Shown here piece after piece: positions 13,751 through 44,625 of a DNA stretch of 64,000 bases. The DNA comes from Camelus ferus. Lineage: Eukaryota. Position 1 is the first letter of the stretch; each line of letters opens with the position of its first letter. The DNA is taken from contig NC_045699.1 of NCBI RefSeq assembly GCF_009834535.1, positions 43,276,001 through 43,340,000 of the forward strand, in the 5' to 3' direction. The position numbers and the translations under genes were made by a program. Below the pieces are notes generated by a model. That model searched no databases, had not been told where the DNA came from, and worked only from the letters and a program-made list of their open reading frames with translations.

Positions 13751-14119
13751 TGTAGCCATTGGTTTTCAAAGTGCTGTTTCGAGCCACAGAGCTCAAACGT
13801 TTTACTCATGGGTGCCCTGAAATAATAATACCTACCGCACCACAGTTTTACGTTGAAATCTAACAATTATTATCCACACTTATATTTATATATTGTTAAT
13901 AAGAGATAGAAAATATTAATCATTTTATAAATTGAAATAAGCTAAGGATTGACTATAATGTTAAAAAAAATTCATGATGACTTGATAAAGTAGACTTTTA
14001 ACTGTCTTATTGAATAAAAGCACACCAAAACCAAAATCAGTTACTTAATTTTTTATCCATGGGTTTTATTCAGTGTATCTCCATATTTTGGTGGCCTATA
14101 AAACTTTCCAGTTAGATTT

Positions 14120-14290
14120 TGTTTGTTTGTTTGAAGTCATGTTATTGAGGTATAATTTATATACAGTGAAATTCAACTTAAATGTGTACTCCAGTTACTT
14201 TTAAAAGGAAATATATCACAAATGTATTTTCCTTTGGCTATACCAATGTAGAGAATCCCAGCATAGCTACTAACCACTCCATTTCCAATG
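14120..14290 (-). mobile_element. Short L1 3'-end fragment
   Basis: TTATTGAGGTATAATTTATATACAGTGAAATT is the typical antisense L1M 3' terminus. Confidence 0.65.
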
Positions 14291-14759
14291 CCAGGTTTAC
14301 CCTTAACAGAAGTATGTATACGGTGAGAAAGGCAGGAAGTCCCATTAGTTTAAGGCACCTTGATTAATCTTTCAATGTTTCCCTAGACCAATATCTTCAT
14401 TTATAGATCCCTTTGTTAGGGGCCCCAGTTTTACACTCTAGAACAATTCATCATAGTAAGGTTTGGCAGGGGCAAGGGACATGACTTTCTTTTTTAAAGT
14501 AGGGGAAGGACTGTGTGAGCACAAGCGCATTCTTGGGCAGATCAGTTTTAGGAAAGAGTACATGTGGAAGACGAGGGTCTAGAAAGGGATTCCCCTGAAA
14601 CCATCTGTACATACATGGCTCTTGGAAAATCCCCCTGTCCGAGGGCTGCTGCCCAGAGGTTCAAGGCTCAGGAGCTCTGTCTGAGAGGTACGAAGGGCAG
14701 GGGACGTGGGTTTGTGGGCTCACCTCCGCTACTTCATCTGAAACAGCTGGGCTTCTTTT

Positions 14760-15480
14760 CTGTTCTACTTTAAACTTTTGTTTGAAGGGAGCGTTTTGCT
14801 GCTAAAAATAACAATTTGAAAAACACAGCATCCATGGGGAACCATTTAAGAGGTTCAAGCAGGGAAGTGACACAATTAAGTTTTTGTTTCAAAAGATCAC
14901 TCTGGCACCTAAACATATCGTCGTGGAGGATGGATTTGAGGCAGGTGAGATTCGAGGCCCAGAGACTTGTCACAGAGGCTGTTGAAACAATCCGAAGGAA
15001 AATTTGTAAGAACTAGCAATTCTCGGCTCCATCCCAGAGCATCAGTATCCCCTTTAGATGGAGCAGGGGCTTCATGGATTGCAAATCCCCATCCAGCTGC
15101 CTCTCAGTTTGCATTTCCTGGATGGCCCTGGAGGGCCTTTGCCTCTGTGACCCCTGCCTTAGGGAATTTTTGACTCTTTCCTCCTCACCTGTAGATCCTG
15201 TCTACCACCAAATCCTGTTGTTTCTTCCTTCAAATTATCTCATATTTGTTTCTCTCTCTCAGTTACTGTGCCACTGTCTTAGACCAGCCACTTAACATTT
15301 CATACTTAGATTTTTTCCAGGAGCCTCTTAACCTATCTCCTGCTTTCAATCTGTCTGCCAACCAATCCTACATTGCCACTGTAGCTACTCGTATTGTTTT
15401 CCATGACATATTGCAGCCATGCAAAGAGAGTACAGTTCTGTCAAATTTTGCTTCAGATTTCTCCTCCTCTTCCAGTCTTT
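14760..15480. mobile_element. L2 fragments (apparently both orientations)
   Basis: AAAGATCACTCTGGC...GTTGAAACAATCC, then pyrimidine-rich L2-like text (CCAAATCCTGTTGTTTCTTCCTTCAAA). Confidence 0.55.
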
Positions 15481-18400
15481 GGCTTCTCTAGAAAATTCTA
15501 AGTAAAACAGAAGATTAAAATGGGGATTAATACATTTCCATTCTCTAGAAACTTGTTTAGATCTAGATCATTTTCCTTTGCTTCTTTATATGTGAGATAT
15601 TTGTAAATTGAGCAGGACCTAAAAAGTGAGGGAAAACATGCCACTTTTTTTTCAGTGAGATTTTGTGAAGTGAGTAGAATTTTAAATAGAGTGGAGAAGG
15701 AAATATAACCAAGGATATTATATCTGAGACTTCATGGTATCAGATGCTCCCAAAGGGTGGTAAGTTATTACTGGGAATGGTAGTAATGGTGAAGGGTGGG
15801 ACTAGGAACATAGGGAAGCAGTATACCAACCTGAGAAAAGAGGCCAAGCGTAGACAAGCAGTGGAAACCACTGGGACTTTTCTGGATACTCACAGAGGTG
15901 CCAGTCCAGGCTTGGACGGAGCAAATGGGTGAAAAATGGGTTCACCTGGAGCTTGAATCATTATGAAGATGAATATACATGGTTGCTTCTCTTGACAGTC
16001 CTTAAATTCCTTCTTAGGAATCACTGGTTCTCCATGAAGCATTTTCCATGAAAACTGATATTTATGACTCTCACAGTATGTATCAGTTCAACTCTTAGAA
16101 TACATATCTAGATGGGTAAGTTAGAAGCTGGGATCTGATTTGAAAACATTTTAAAATTTAAAACTTCTTAACTTATAAATGAAAGCGATGCATGAATTTA
16201 AGGTAAAAACCTTGACCCTTTAAACAATAATAGTAGCTCTTTGAGGATGTTGAATATTATGAGAAGTGGACTGGACCCAAGGTCTAGAACCGTACTGTGC
16301 ACAGCTATGGAGGGTGAGGGAAATGGGGAGATGGAGAGTGGGCCACATGAACAATAATGGGGGTTTGACCTGTTTTCAGAATTTTCTGTCTTTCCCTCAC
16401 TGGGGCTAAAAGAAATAATGTGGAATTTTAGTAAAGTCTTTTTCTGCCTTTAATACATTTCACTATGTTTCTCCTTTTATACTGCCTCCTTCTCTCCCTT
16501 TTTGAAATGCTGCATTTGAAATGTATCCCCTTTTGACTTTTTAGTCTTAGTTTCTGTGGCTGCTCTCTGCCCTTTGTTGGCAAGTTCTCTTGGACCTGTC
16601 TGTCTTGTGCATAGGAGACAATCACACATAAATGAAAGCCTTTTTTTCTGCAAAACAGTTTGGTCAAGCAGAGAGAAAACTGGAAAGTGTTTCATTTCTC
16701 TGGAATCTTAGAGGCCAGGAGGCATGGTCTGGTGTAGAGCAAACCTGAGGGTCCAGAATTAGCTGTGAAATCAGGTGAGTTACAAGTTCAGGATTGAACT
16801 AGAAGTCTGCTTGGGGCATCAAGGCTTGACATGGAGAATGGCATGAGCCCGAACCCCATGGTGACCTCAGAACTCAGCAAGGGTCTTGAGGCTCCTTTGG
16901 CCTGCACATGACTGAGGTCAGGATTTCTTTGCACTAAGGAACAGGGCAGCTTGGAAATTACAGTAGTTTCTAGCAGCTAGCTAATTTGATGCTCCACGAT
17001 TTAGTTCTGGATCAGATGTGAGGTGTTAGGGCTGGCTCTGTCCCAGAAGAAATTATAGATGGTGTCCGCGAAGTAGTTGGAGGCATTAGTGACCCTACAG
17101 AGAGAAAGCCGGATCCTAGCTGGGTGCTGCTCAGGCCAGCAGGAACTTTAGGTTTCCCAGGCTTTGTATGAGTTGCAGTAGGGCCACCAAATACAGTCAA
17201 ATCTTATTGTCCTTATCAGTGAGAACATAATTAGATAGTTGAAATATGTAGATTATCAAAGTTCTCATTTATCTAATATTTTCAGTGTCCCCCAAAATGA
17301 AAAAACAAAATAAAAACCTTTCATCGGATGTTAAGAAGAGACAGCATTAAGTGATTAACTTTAATCCTTCATTTCCCTTTCCCACTTCCTAATGTTAGTG
17401 GCCAGTTGGAAGGAAGGGGGAAGGGGCAAGATGCTTGAAATGACATATCATGCATTTGAACTTATCTAGGAGTCTGGGCAACAGTGGTGTTGATCCTCAT
17501 CTGGGTCTGCAGGTTTTCCAAAGAGAATCATTTGGGTCTTTGATGGCCATTACCCTCTAAGCATGGCTTCACACAGTGAGTTAGATAAGTTAGCAGAGTA
17601 TCTGCACAGAGCCCCACCTTAGAGACCAGGAAACCTGGATTCTACTCTCTGCGCTATTAAAAAACCATATAGGGTTGGAGGAGAGGGATGGGGGAGGAAG
17701 CTATGAGACTTCCCTTTCTGGGACTCAGTTTTCAATTATCTTTAGAAAAGAGGAGTGAATAATATAAGATTCTGGGATTCTGGCAGAGATCATATCCTTT
17801 GGATTTGCTTCTTTCATTAAACTGTAATTGCTTGAAAAGTATTATTTGGTTGACTGGGTCTGAAGTTAGAGCCATGTCTTTTTCAGATTGTCCCATCACC
17901 CTTTTGACTGTTCTGTCCTTCCTTTCCTTGCTCAGATAGAATGAAATTTCTTTACATTAACAGTGTCAGGAGCTGGAACTGGAGTTACATCTGTTTGTAT
18001 TAAAGACAGCTGTCTTCAAGTTTCCATTTCTTACTGGGCTGGGGGCAAGAGATTTTGTTGGGGACTTGAATTTGGCCCCAGGGATTCCAACTGTATGTTC
18101 CTCAAAGGTAAGTCTGTATCATTCAGCTTTTTGTATTCACCTCCATAGCTCGTGCAAGACAGCCAGTGCTCAATAAAGACGTACGTACCTAAGAATAAAA
18201 TGGCATTGTCTTTAATTTCCCCCCAAACCACTAGGTGTCGCCTTCATCTCAGAGAAACTAAGCCCCTCCTCTCCCTGCACACCCATCGCCTCCCTCTACT
18301 CAAGGAGCTCTCAGCTTCTCTGCACTGTGATTTCTGGAGAAGTGGCTTGAAGGGGGAGACACACTGTGGCTCTCGGCAGGGGGAGGAGTATGGGTTTATG

Positions 18401-19049
18401 TGTATCTCCTTTATGACAATTTGCGGAAAACTCCCCAAGGTCCTATCCAATCCCTCCCAGCAACCATGATATCATCCCTCACAAACTGTTCCTCAGGATC
18501 AAATCAGCACTCCAGATAATGGGGTGCCTGGGGTCAGCCTTCTAGGTTGGAAGCTTGGGAGTGGGGTGGAACCAAGGGGAACACAGTGGGCTTCCACTGC
18601 TGGGGAATGTTCTGCTTAGTCAGTCCTGAGCTTTTATCAGGTGACAGACCCGGCTGTGCCAGGAGACAAAAGAGGGCAGAGGCAGTTACTGGGCCCCCGC
18701 CCTGGAGCAGATGGTGCAGTGGAAGCCCAGTAGGCTATGGTGGCCCCTGGGGGCGTAGGAGGGCAAAGGGGGAATGGGGATAGGAAGAGGGAGATTGGAG
18801 GGTTGAGCCCTAAGGAAGGAGATCTTGGACTTTTTAAGGACTAAGGGAAAATCGGTCACGGGAGCCCCTTGGTCCTGGAGGGGGCTGTCTTCCAGGGAGC
18901 AGGCAGATCTTACTGGTGAAGGAGGGAGGGTTTTCCGGCAATGAAAAGGGTGGTATGCTTTATCTGGTGGAGAACTAGTGAGGATACCAAATATATGGGG
19001 ATTCCTGACTGCTTCCTAGAGACCAGAGTGTCTGAGGGACTCAGAGGAG

Positions 19050-36004
<16,955 letters not shown>

Positions 36005-36485
36005 ACCCCACTTCTTCCCAAGTCAGGCTGTCTCCTGCTGCTGGGACCTGGGTGGGCCATGGCCATCATCTCTCCACACAGCAGAAATGGACATTGTTAC
36101 ATGAGATGGAAACCAACATGCATAAAAACCCCATCTTCTATGGAAGTTGTTGCCCTTTGCAGTTCAGCCTTGTACATATACCTACCCCTCTCTGGCCTGG
36201 TCCCCTTCCTCCCTACCTCTGTAAATATCTGTATCTAAACCAGAATATTTTGGCCAAATACAAAACAAACAAATGAAAAAAGTCATGGTGACACAGTCTG
36301 GGTTAGGGGCAACTCCAAGGAAGGGTTATGGGGTATGGTCATGGTAGCTCACAGAATCACTGAAATCAGCAGGCTCAGGATGAGAGAATCCTTTTTATGT
36401 AAAGCTCCTTCACCAAGTACAGACAGAATTCACTTCCTCCCCACCTCTCCAGTACAGATAGAAAGAAATTCCACATGGACTTCCC

Positions 36486-38555
36486 TCAACCCTTAGGAGT
36501 AGTTCCACCCACTCCACTACATTGCCCTCTTCCCTGACAGGCAAGGGAAGATATTTCTCCCAATTGGTAGGAATAATTCTCAGGTTCATAGGGCAAAGGC
36601 TGCCCTAGAGACAAAGGCACTGGTGTTGAGAAGCTGCAGTTCTTCCGGAATGGCGTGTCCAGTGTCCTGATGTTACTGACACCCTGGAGGAGTGCCAGAA
36701 TGAGGACGGATCCTGCTCTCCACCAAGCAGAACAGAACAGACTTTTCCTCTCCCCTTCCCCAACTCCCCACACCTAGTCACCCTCACACACCGGTAGCTG
36801 TGGTGCCCTCTGTATCCAGAAGGTTTCGGGCTGCTCCTTACGGTAGTCATGAGGCTGTGAGGGAGAGAGACTGAATAACTCTTGGCCTGAAGCTCCTTCT
36901 CTCAGCCTCTGGGCCGGCTGCTTTCCCACAGCCTGTCAGGGCCCAGCTATACAAGTGGGGTGGGATGCATTCTCACCTTTGTTGGGGCAGGAGGCCCTGC
37001 TTGCTCCAGCTCCTTCCTGTAGTCATGGTGTGTCACAGACTCGACCTCAGAGTCCTTCCTTGTGGGTTCCTGCTCTGCCTGCACCTCTTTACTACACAGT
37101 CCTAGGGGGCGTCAAGGCCATTCCCCCGCCAATTTTTGTCCTCCCCCTCCCTGTTCCCCTTCATCCAGCATCTCACCAGATCTGGTGGCGCAAGAGCATC
37201 TCCAGCATGGCTTCACGCTTCCCTGTGGGAGGTCAGGGAATGGACAGAGTTGAGGAGGCTGGTTAAGAAACAGGCCCAGAAGAAAATGAATTTGAGAAAA
37301 GGAAGGAAAATCGGGTTTTACCCTTAGATCCATTGGACAATCCATAGTCCCACCCAATAATCCTCTCTCTCTTTTTCTCTAATGGAGTCATTCTGGCCCA
37401 TTCTCTCATGTTTCATACCTCGAACTGGCTGATAGTGGTTTCCTAGAGGCTGGTATGAGTCTTTCTGGGTGGTGCTGGAGGACATGGGTGACTGTGGCTG
37501 CAAGGTCAGCAGTCCCTGGTGTCCATGTCGGAAAAAGAAACTCTCAGAGCCATCCTGCATGCTTGGGACTTGATCCAGGTGGTTGGTGGCTCTCTGTGGG
37601 CCCCAAGTCGAATTACCACAATAATCCTTCCTGGTACCCACCCTCATCAGCTGGGGACAGCCTTCAAGAAAAAGGAGCAGGTCAAAACCTTAATACCTCC
37701 TCCTCCCAGTTGTAGAGAAGGCACTGGCCCCGTGGCAGTGTTTCATTGAGAACTTTACTAGTCCCTTCAACCTCTGGGGGCTTCCATAGCCCTCGGGCAC
37801 CAGGTTCCGAGACTTGCAAACATTTCCAGGGTTGCTTCCGAGGCTCCCGGTGGCTGTGGTAACTCCAGGAGGCATAATTAGGGACCAGATGTGCCCTGGG
37901 GCTTCTGAAGCCTGGCGGAGCAGAGGAACTGAACCCAGGGGCATGACCATAGCCTGGACTATGCCTAGAATCAGAGGCAGGACCAGGACCAGGGCCAGGG
38001 CCAGAGCCACTGCCAGGATCACAACTGGAGTCAGGACCGGGGCTAGAGCTGGAGCCAGGAACAGGGCCAGAGCTGGAGCCAGGAACAGGGCCATGGCTAG
38101 AGCGAAGGTCATTTGCAGCATAGGGATTCCAAGTAACATGGGAAACGTAGGCTGGCTCAAAGCCAAGCCTCCTATGGCCTGTCTTGTGGGTAAATCTGGA
38201 TCCAGAGTGGCGCTCCCCAAGACTGTCAGAGGAGGGCTCCATGAGAAGGCTCCGACCGGAGTAGGGCGCTGAGGTCTGTGTAGATAATGCTTTGGCAGTA
38301 GAGGCGGCTGCACTGGCTGCACTGGCTGCCAGGGCCGACCTATGACGGCCATCCAAAGCAGGAATGGGATCCGAAGTGCATCCTAGTTCTTCGGAGCAGG
38401 GCTGTACGTTTAAAGATCTGAAAAAAGCGAAAGCAGCAAAGTTGTAAAAGTGCAGCAAGGGAAGCCGGCTCACCTTTCTTGTCCCGTTATGCCTGCAGCC
38501 AGAGCTGCGGCTCTCACCGTGAACGCAATCGCTTGGTAGACTCACTGGTCTCCAT
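36486..38555 (-). CDS. SPAG8: Sperm-associated antigen 8 (ciliary/sperm microtubule-associated protein), 7 exons, 451 aa
   Basis: Minus-strand exons: 38555-38518, 38417-37697, 37593-37419, 37222-37177, 37091-36977, 36854-36792, 36683-36486; total 1356 nt in frame with canonical GT-AG introns. METSEST start, Gly/Pro/Ser repeat region, TLPRGQCLLYNWEEERATNHLDQVPSMQDGSESFFFRHGH, KREAMLEMLL, GVSNIRTLDTPFRKNCSFSTP match SPAG8 as I recall it. Confidence 0.95.
38045..38092. repeat. Perfect 24-nt tandem duplication in SPAG8 exon 2 (GPVPGSSS x2)
   Basis: AGAGCTGGAGCCAGGAACAGGGCC twice; followed in the protein by a degenerate GS/GP repeat. Confidence 0.9.
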
Positions 38556-38790
38556 CTTCAGACGCCAGCTACTGGGTTGCCATAGAGACAGCAAATCATT
38601 CCAGGAGACTGCGCAGAACTAGAGCTGGGCGGATGCGGAGGGTGGGGGTGGAGGCAAGTGCGCTGCGGGGCGGAAGTCTTAAGCCTGGTGCGGTCTGGGA
38701 AGTTCGCTTTCTGTCCGTCCGTACTCGATTACGCCTCTGTCCGGCTTTTAAGATTCCGCTGGCCTAAGGCCTCGCCCTCCACACCTAAGC
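38260..38790 (-). promoter_or_regulatory. CpG-rich SPAG8 promoter with RFX X-box
   Basis: CpG-enriched region around the ATG at 38555; GTTGCCATAGAGAC at 38576-38589 resembles the RFX X-box; GGGCGG boxes at ~38627 and ~38668. Confidence 0.7.
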
Positions 38791-39373
38791 AGGACTTTTG
38801 GAGTCTTTCTAAGGTGGTTCTTTGTGTTGAAGACAGGTAAAGGGCTGTGGTATCAGACAAAAGCCTACTTGGTGTATTTGTGTAGGAGCAACAGTAGCTT
38901 CCCCTTAGTTCAGTCTCAAAAGTAGGGGCATCTTTTCAAAGAATTTAGGGGTGAAAATACATCAGACAACAGCTTAAAATCAAAATGGTGAGACACGGGG
39001 ATTAGTTAACGGGTAGCAAATATTTTGGGTGTGATTACTTCTCCAATAGAAAGCCCCTACATTGACCACCTTCCTTCCAGCCCTTTAGAACTTGGCCTGG
39101 CATCTGAATTGAGCAAGTCTCACTCCTGGGATTCAGTCTTTTCCTACTCATCCAGATTTGTTCCTACTGCTACTCTTCCTGAAGCCTGACCCAGGTGGAC
39201 CACTAGTCATGAGCTCACAGATAAATAGGCAAATGCTACTTTTACTATAAGATGGGCCTCCTTAGTGTCTCAGATCATAGTCAAGGAGGATCATAGTCTT
39301 CAACAAATTTTCTTTCCTATTTGTGGTATAAATATATATTTAAGACAGGGATCCAGAATTGAAGGAGAGCAAG

Positions 39374-39379
39374 TTTATT
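39374..39379 (-). terminator. HINT2 polyadenylation signal AATAAA
   Basis: TTTATT on +, ~75 nt downstream of the HINT2 stop codon. Confidence 0.8.
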
Positions 39380-39452
39380 AGCATCACAGGGACCTTTTTC
39401 TCCCCACCCAATCCAAGCATCCAGGTCAAGGGTCCTTGATCATTTGGTAGGT

Positions 39453-41497
<2,045 letters not shown>

Positions 41498-43204
41498 CTT
41501 CCCCTCGGCCGCAGGACCCACCCACCTGAGCCAGCGCGCCGGCTCCTCGCGGAGCATTGGCTCCGCCCGCGGCCAGGAGCGAACCCTGCCACCCCATTGG
41601 GTCGCGCTCCTGGGCCCGGCACGCCGCGCTCAGCCCAGAGCCGGCCAAACCTACTCCACTGGCTCCACCGCCTCGGTAGAGGCGGGATCTTTTAATCTCA
41701 TTGGCTTCTTATATCAACTAAAGGGCGCATTTTCCATTCCATTGGCTTCGTCCTCTAGTCAGCGTGAAAGTTCCTTTTCCATTGGATCCCCTCCCTAGTT
41801 TCGCTAAGAGATAGTTTCTCACTCCATTGGAAGGACTGAGAGACCTGGAGGTGGGATTTCCGTCTTATTGGCTCTCAACACAACGTCCGCCAGGCTTAGG
41901 TTGCGGCTCGTGGGTGGCAGGGCTTTTATCGTATTGGTTCCTCCTATTCTGGGCTGCCCCTACTGGTGGGCTGCGAGGAAGGGGGAGGCACTCCTTCACC
42001 TGCCGCACGGAGGCTCCGAGATTGTAGACCCTTTCACCCCATTGGCCAGGAGGAGGGCGGGGTTCGGGATACGGCGTTTATTGGCTCCAAGAGGCACTGT
42101 TGCCCTCAGAGTCCCCAGGCGGCAGGAGTCCCTGAAGAAAGAGGCGGGTGGAGGACGCCAAGCGGGTGGGGCTGAAGGTGAATTGGGACGGGGTCATTTT
42201 TTAACTGGTGGGATGGATACCCAGCGTTTACCCTACAAGGACAGTTTCAGACCCTTGATCGTTTCAAAGCTATTAACTTACTTGTCTAATAAGCAGAAGA
42301 GTACGTATTCAATGTTCTTCCCCAATCAGAAATAATATGTGATATGTTAGCTCTGTGCCTGGCATTTTCTGTAAGTAGGGCGGGTTTGAAGGACAAGGGA
42401 AATGCGTTATGACTACGTCAGAAGTATATTTCGTTCTGCTGGAATATATATTTTGACATCAGAAATATGGGGTCACAAAATGCTAATATGCTCACACCAG
42501 GTAAGTTTTAGTCTGAGTTTAACACAGGACAGAAGTCACCACTGTACTTTTTTTTTTTTTTTAGCACATGGCCTGACGTGTATATAGGTGCTCAATAATT
42601 ACTTGTAGAATGAATAACATTTGGTGTTTTCATCTCCTTTTTCATAAAATATAAGGCAATGTATTGCATATTTTTATTCTCTCATCTACAATCAGTTTCC
42701 CATATTATTACATAGTCTGTGTAAATACGCTTTGAAATAGCTGCATAATGCTTCCTTGACTGAATTTATCATAGTAACCACTCCTTTGTTGTTGATTATT
42801 AGTTGAATTGGTTTTAGTGAATGGTCATCATGGTGCTAATTGTATATAACCAGTAATGAGAAACTCTTCTTCTATAGATAGTAATGATCTCTTTTGAATA
42901 GCCATATTATTGTTAGAGAGTCTTTTCTCCTCCAAAGGGCAGACATTTGACCCTGTGATTTCCCCCAGGAGTTCTAGCAAAATTGCATTCCTTTCCTTGG
43001 AAGGTTAGATGGCCTCTGTGCCCTGGAAGCTGCAGTTCTCTGTGGTGCCTCTGGGACAGTAGCATCCCTTAGAGCTGCTCTGGAGAAGGGCAAGAGATAA
43101 GAGGTTCCAGATAAGACAGGAATGAAACCAGCCAGGACAGGTAGGTGAGTACAAAATCCTTTGAAACTGGTTATTTCTTTGGGTTCTCTTAGAAGCAGGT
43201 AGCA

Positions 43205-44360
43205 CAGAGGTTATACTATTTTACAGATCCAGAAACGGAGTGACTTGCCCAAGATCACAGAGGCCACTAGTGTCAGAATCTCCTATTCCCCATAAGAATC
43301 ATCTATGGGCTTCTTAGTCACTCCCCTGCATTCACTGATGCTGGCTCCTGGCCCACTGTCTTCTCTCCTCCAGGCCCTTGTGATCACTTGCAGCTGCTCT
43401 CATTGGAAAGCAGCGCTTTGCAGGTTCTGGCCACTGTCTCCTATACTTCGATCCCTGCCACTACAGTTGCTACTGGATCTCATTAGAGACTTCTGTTCCT
43501 TTTTTCAATCTGTCAATTGTTTCCGGGCTTCACTTTCATTCCCTATCTGTATGGTCAGTGCCTTCCACATCCTCAAGCCTTCTTTTGCTGTATTTTGCTG
43601 ATCATCCTCCCTGACACCCTTCCCATCACCACCCATTAATCTAGTTTGCTTCCCTAATTAGGTTCCTGCTTCCAACTATATCTGAATCCTCAGTTACCCA
43701 CTGGTGAGGTTTTTCTCCAGTTCCCCTCATTAGCCCTCCCAAACTTCACCTTTCTCTTCCTGTCTCCTACTCCCGACTCTTATTCCTCTCCTCCCCCACC
43801 ATGAACTGACCTTGTCTCCTATTTCACAGGAGAACTTCCACAAAATCCTACTCCCTGCAGCTCAGGGAAGGCCCCATCCTTTCTTTCTTCCTTCTTCTTC
43901 GTCTTAGGAAGTGGTGTTTCTCCATCCAGAGTAAATCCCTTCACCTCTGCCTTGACCTCATCCCCTCCATCTTTGAGATCTGGTTCCACCAGGCATCTCT
44001 CTTTCTCTCGTGCATCCTTCAAGGTCTTTACTGGCCCCTCCCTTTTCCCTTCCTAAAAAATGCTTCCTTGACTTCACATCCCCCTGTGGGTATTGTTTGA
44101 CTTCTTCCCTGCTCTTTCCATCTAAGCTTCTTAAAGAAACTCCTTCACACTCACTGCTATTTGCTTCCTGCCTCCACTGCACCACTGAAACTGCACTCTC
44201 TGAGGTCACCAAAGACCTAATTACAAAATCCAATGGACACTTTTCAGTCTTTATCTTATTGGAGCCCCCACCTGCATCTAACATCACTGCTCACTCTATC
44301 CTTCTTGAAATCCTTTCCTTCTTTGGCTTCCTTGAAGCCACTCTCTCCTTCTGAAGCCAG
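43205..44360. mobile_element. MIR fragment (~43205-43285) followed by a long L2 ORF2 remnant
   Basis: TTTTACAGATCCAGAAAC...TTGCCCAAGATCACAG (MIR); AAATCCAATGGACACTTTTCAGTCTTTATCTT...CCTTCTTGAAATCCTTTCCTTCTTTGGCTTCC (L2). Confidence 0.7.
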
Positions 44361-44534
44361 AGCTAGCAGCTTGAATGTGGGTATGGTGGAGGCAGATGGC
44401 TGGATCCAACCTCTCTCCTGCGTGGTCCTCTCTCTTTCCCCCAGTAGGTGCTGACTCTAAGGTCCTAAGGTGTCTGTCCCTGGGCGGGCTCTATCTATCT
44501 CATACAGAGCCAGTCAGATTCCAGTGGCTTCCCC

Positions 44535-44540
44535 TTTATT
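44535..44540 (-). terminator. FAM221B polyadenylation signal AATAAA
   Basis: TTTATT on +, ~85 nt downstream of the stop codon at 44626. Confidence 0.75.
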
Positions 44541-44625
44541 GCTGAACTGGGCCAGGCTCACAGAGGCCTGTGCCAGGTGTTGACAGTGTCTGTCCCTGGA
44601 GGAGGGAAGAGCAGAGGTGAACGGG

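Noticed and set aside
37690-38352. 220-aa alternative-frame and 152-aa antisense ORFs over SPAG8 exon 2
   Set aside because: Shadows of the repetitive Gly/Pro/Ser coding sequence.
37682-38545. 287-aa ORF as the SPAG8 N-terminus (MSLPSDC...)
   Set aside because: Non-ATG start that reads through the 100-nt intron 1; the ATG at 38555 with a GTGAGA donor gives the METSEST start.
43819-44454. Cluster of 67-114 aa ORFs
   Set aside because: Lie within a degenerate L2 ORF2 remnant; no intact reverse transcriptase frame.
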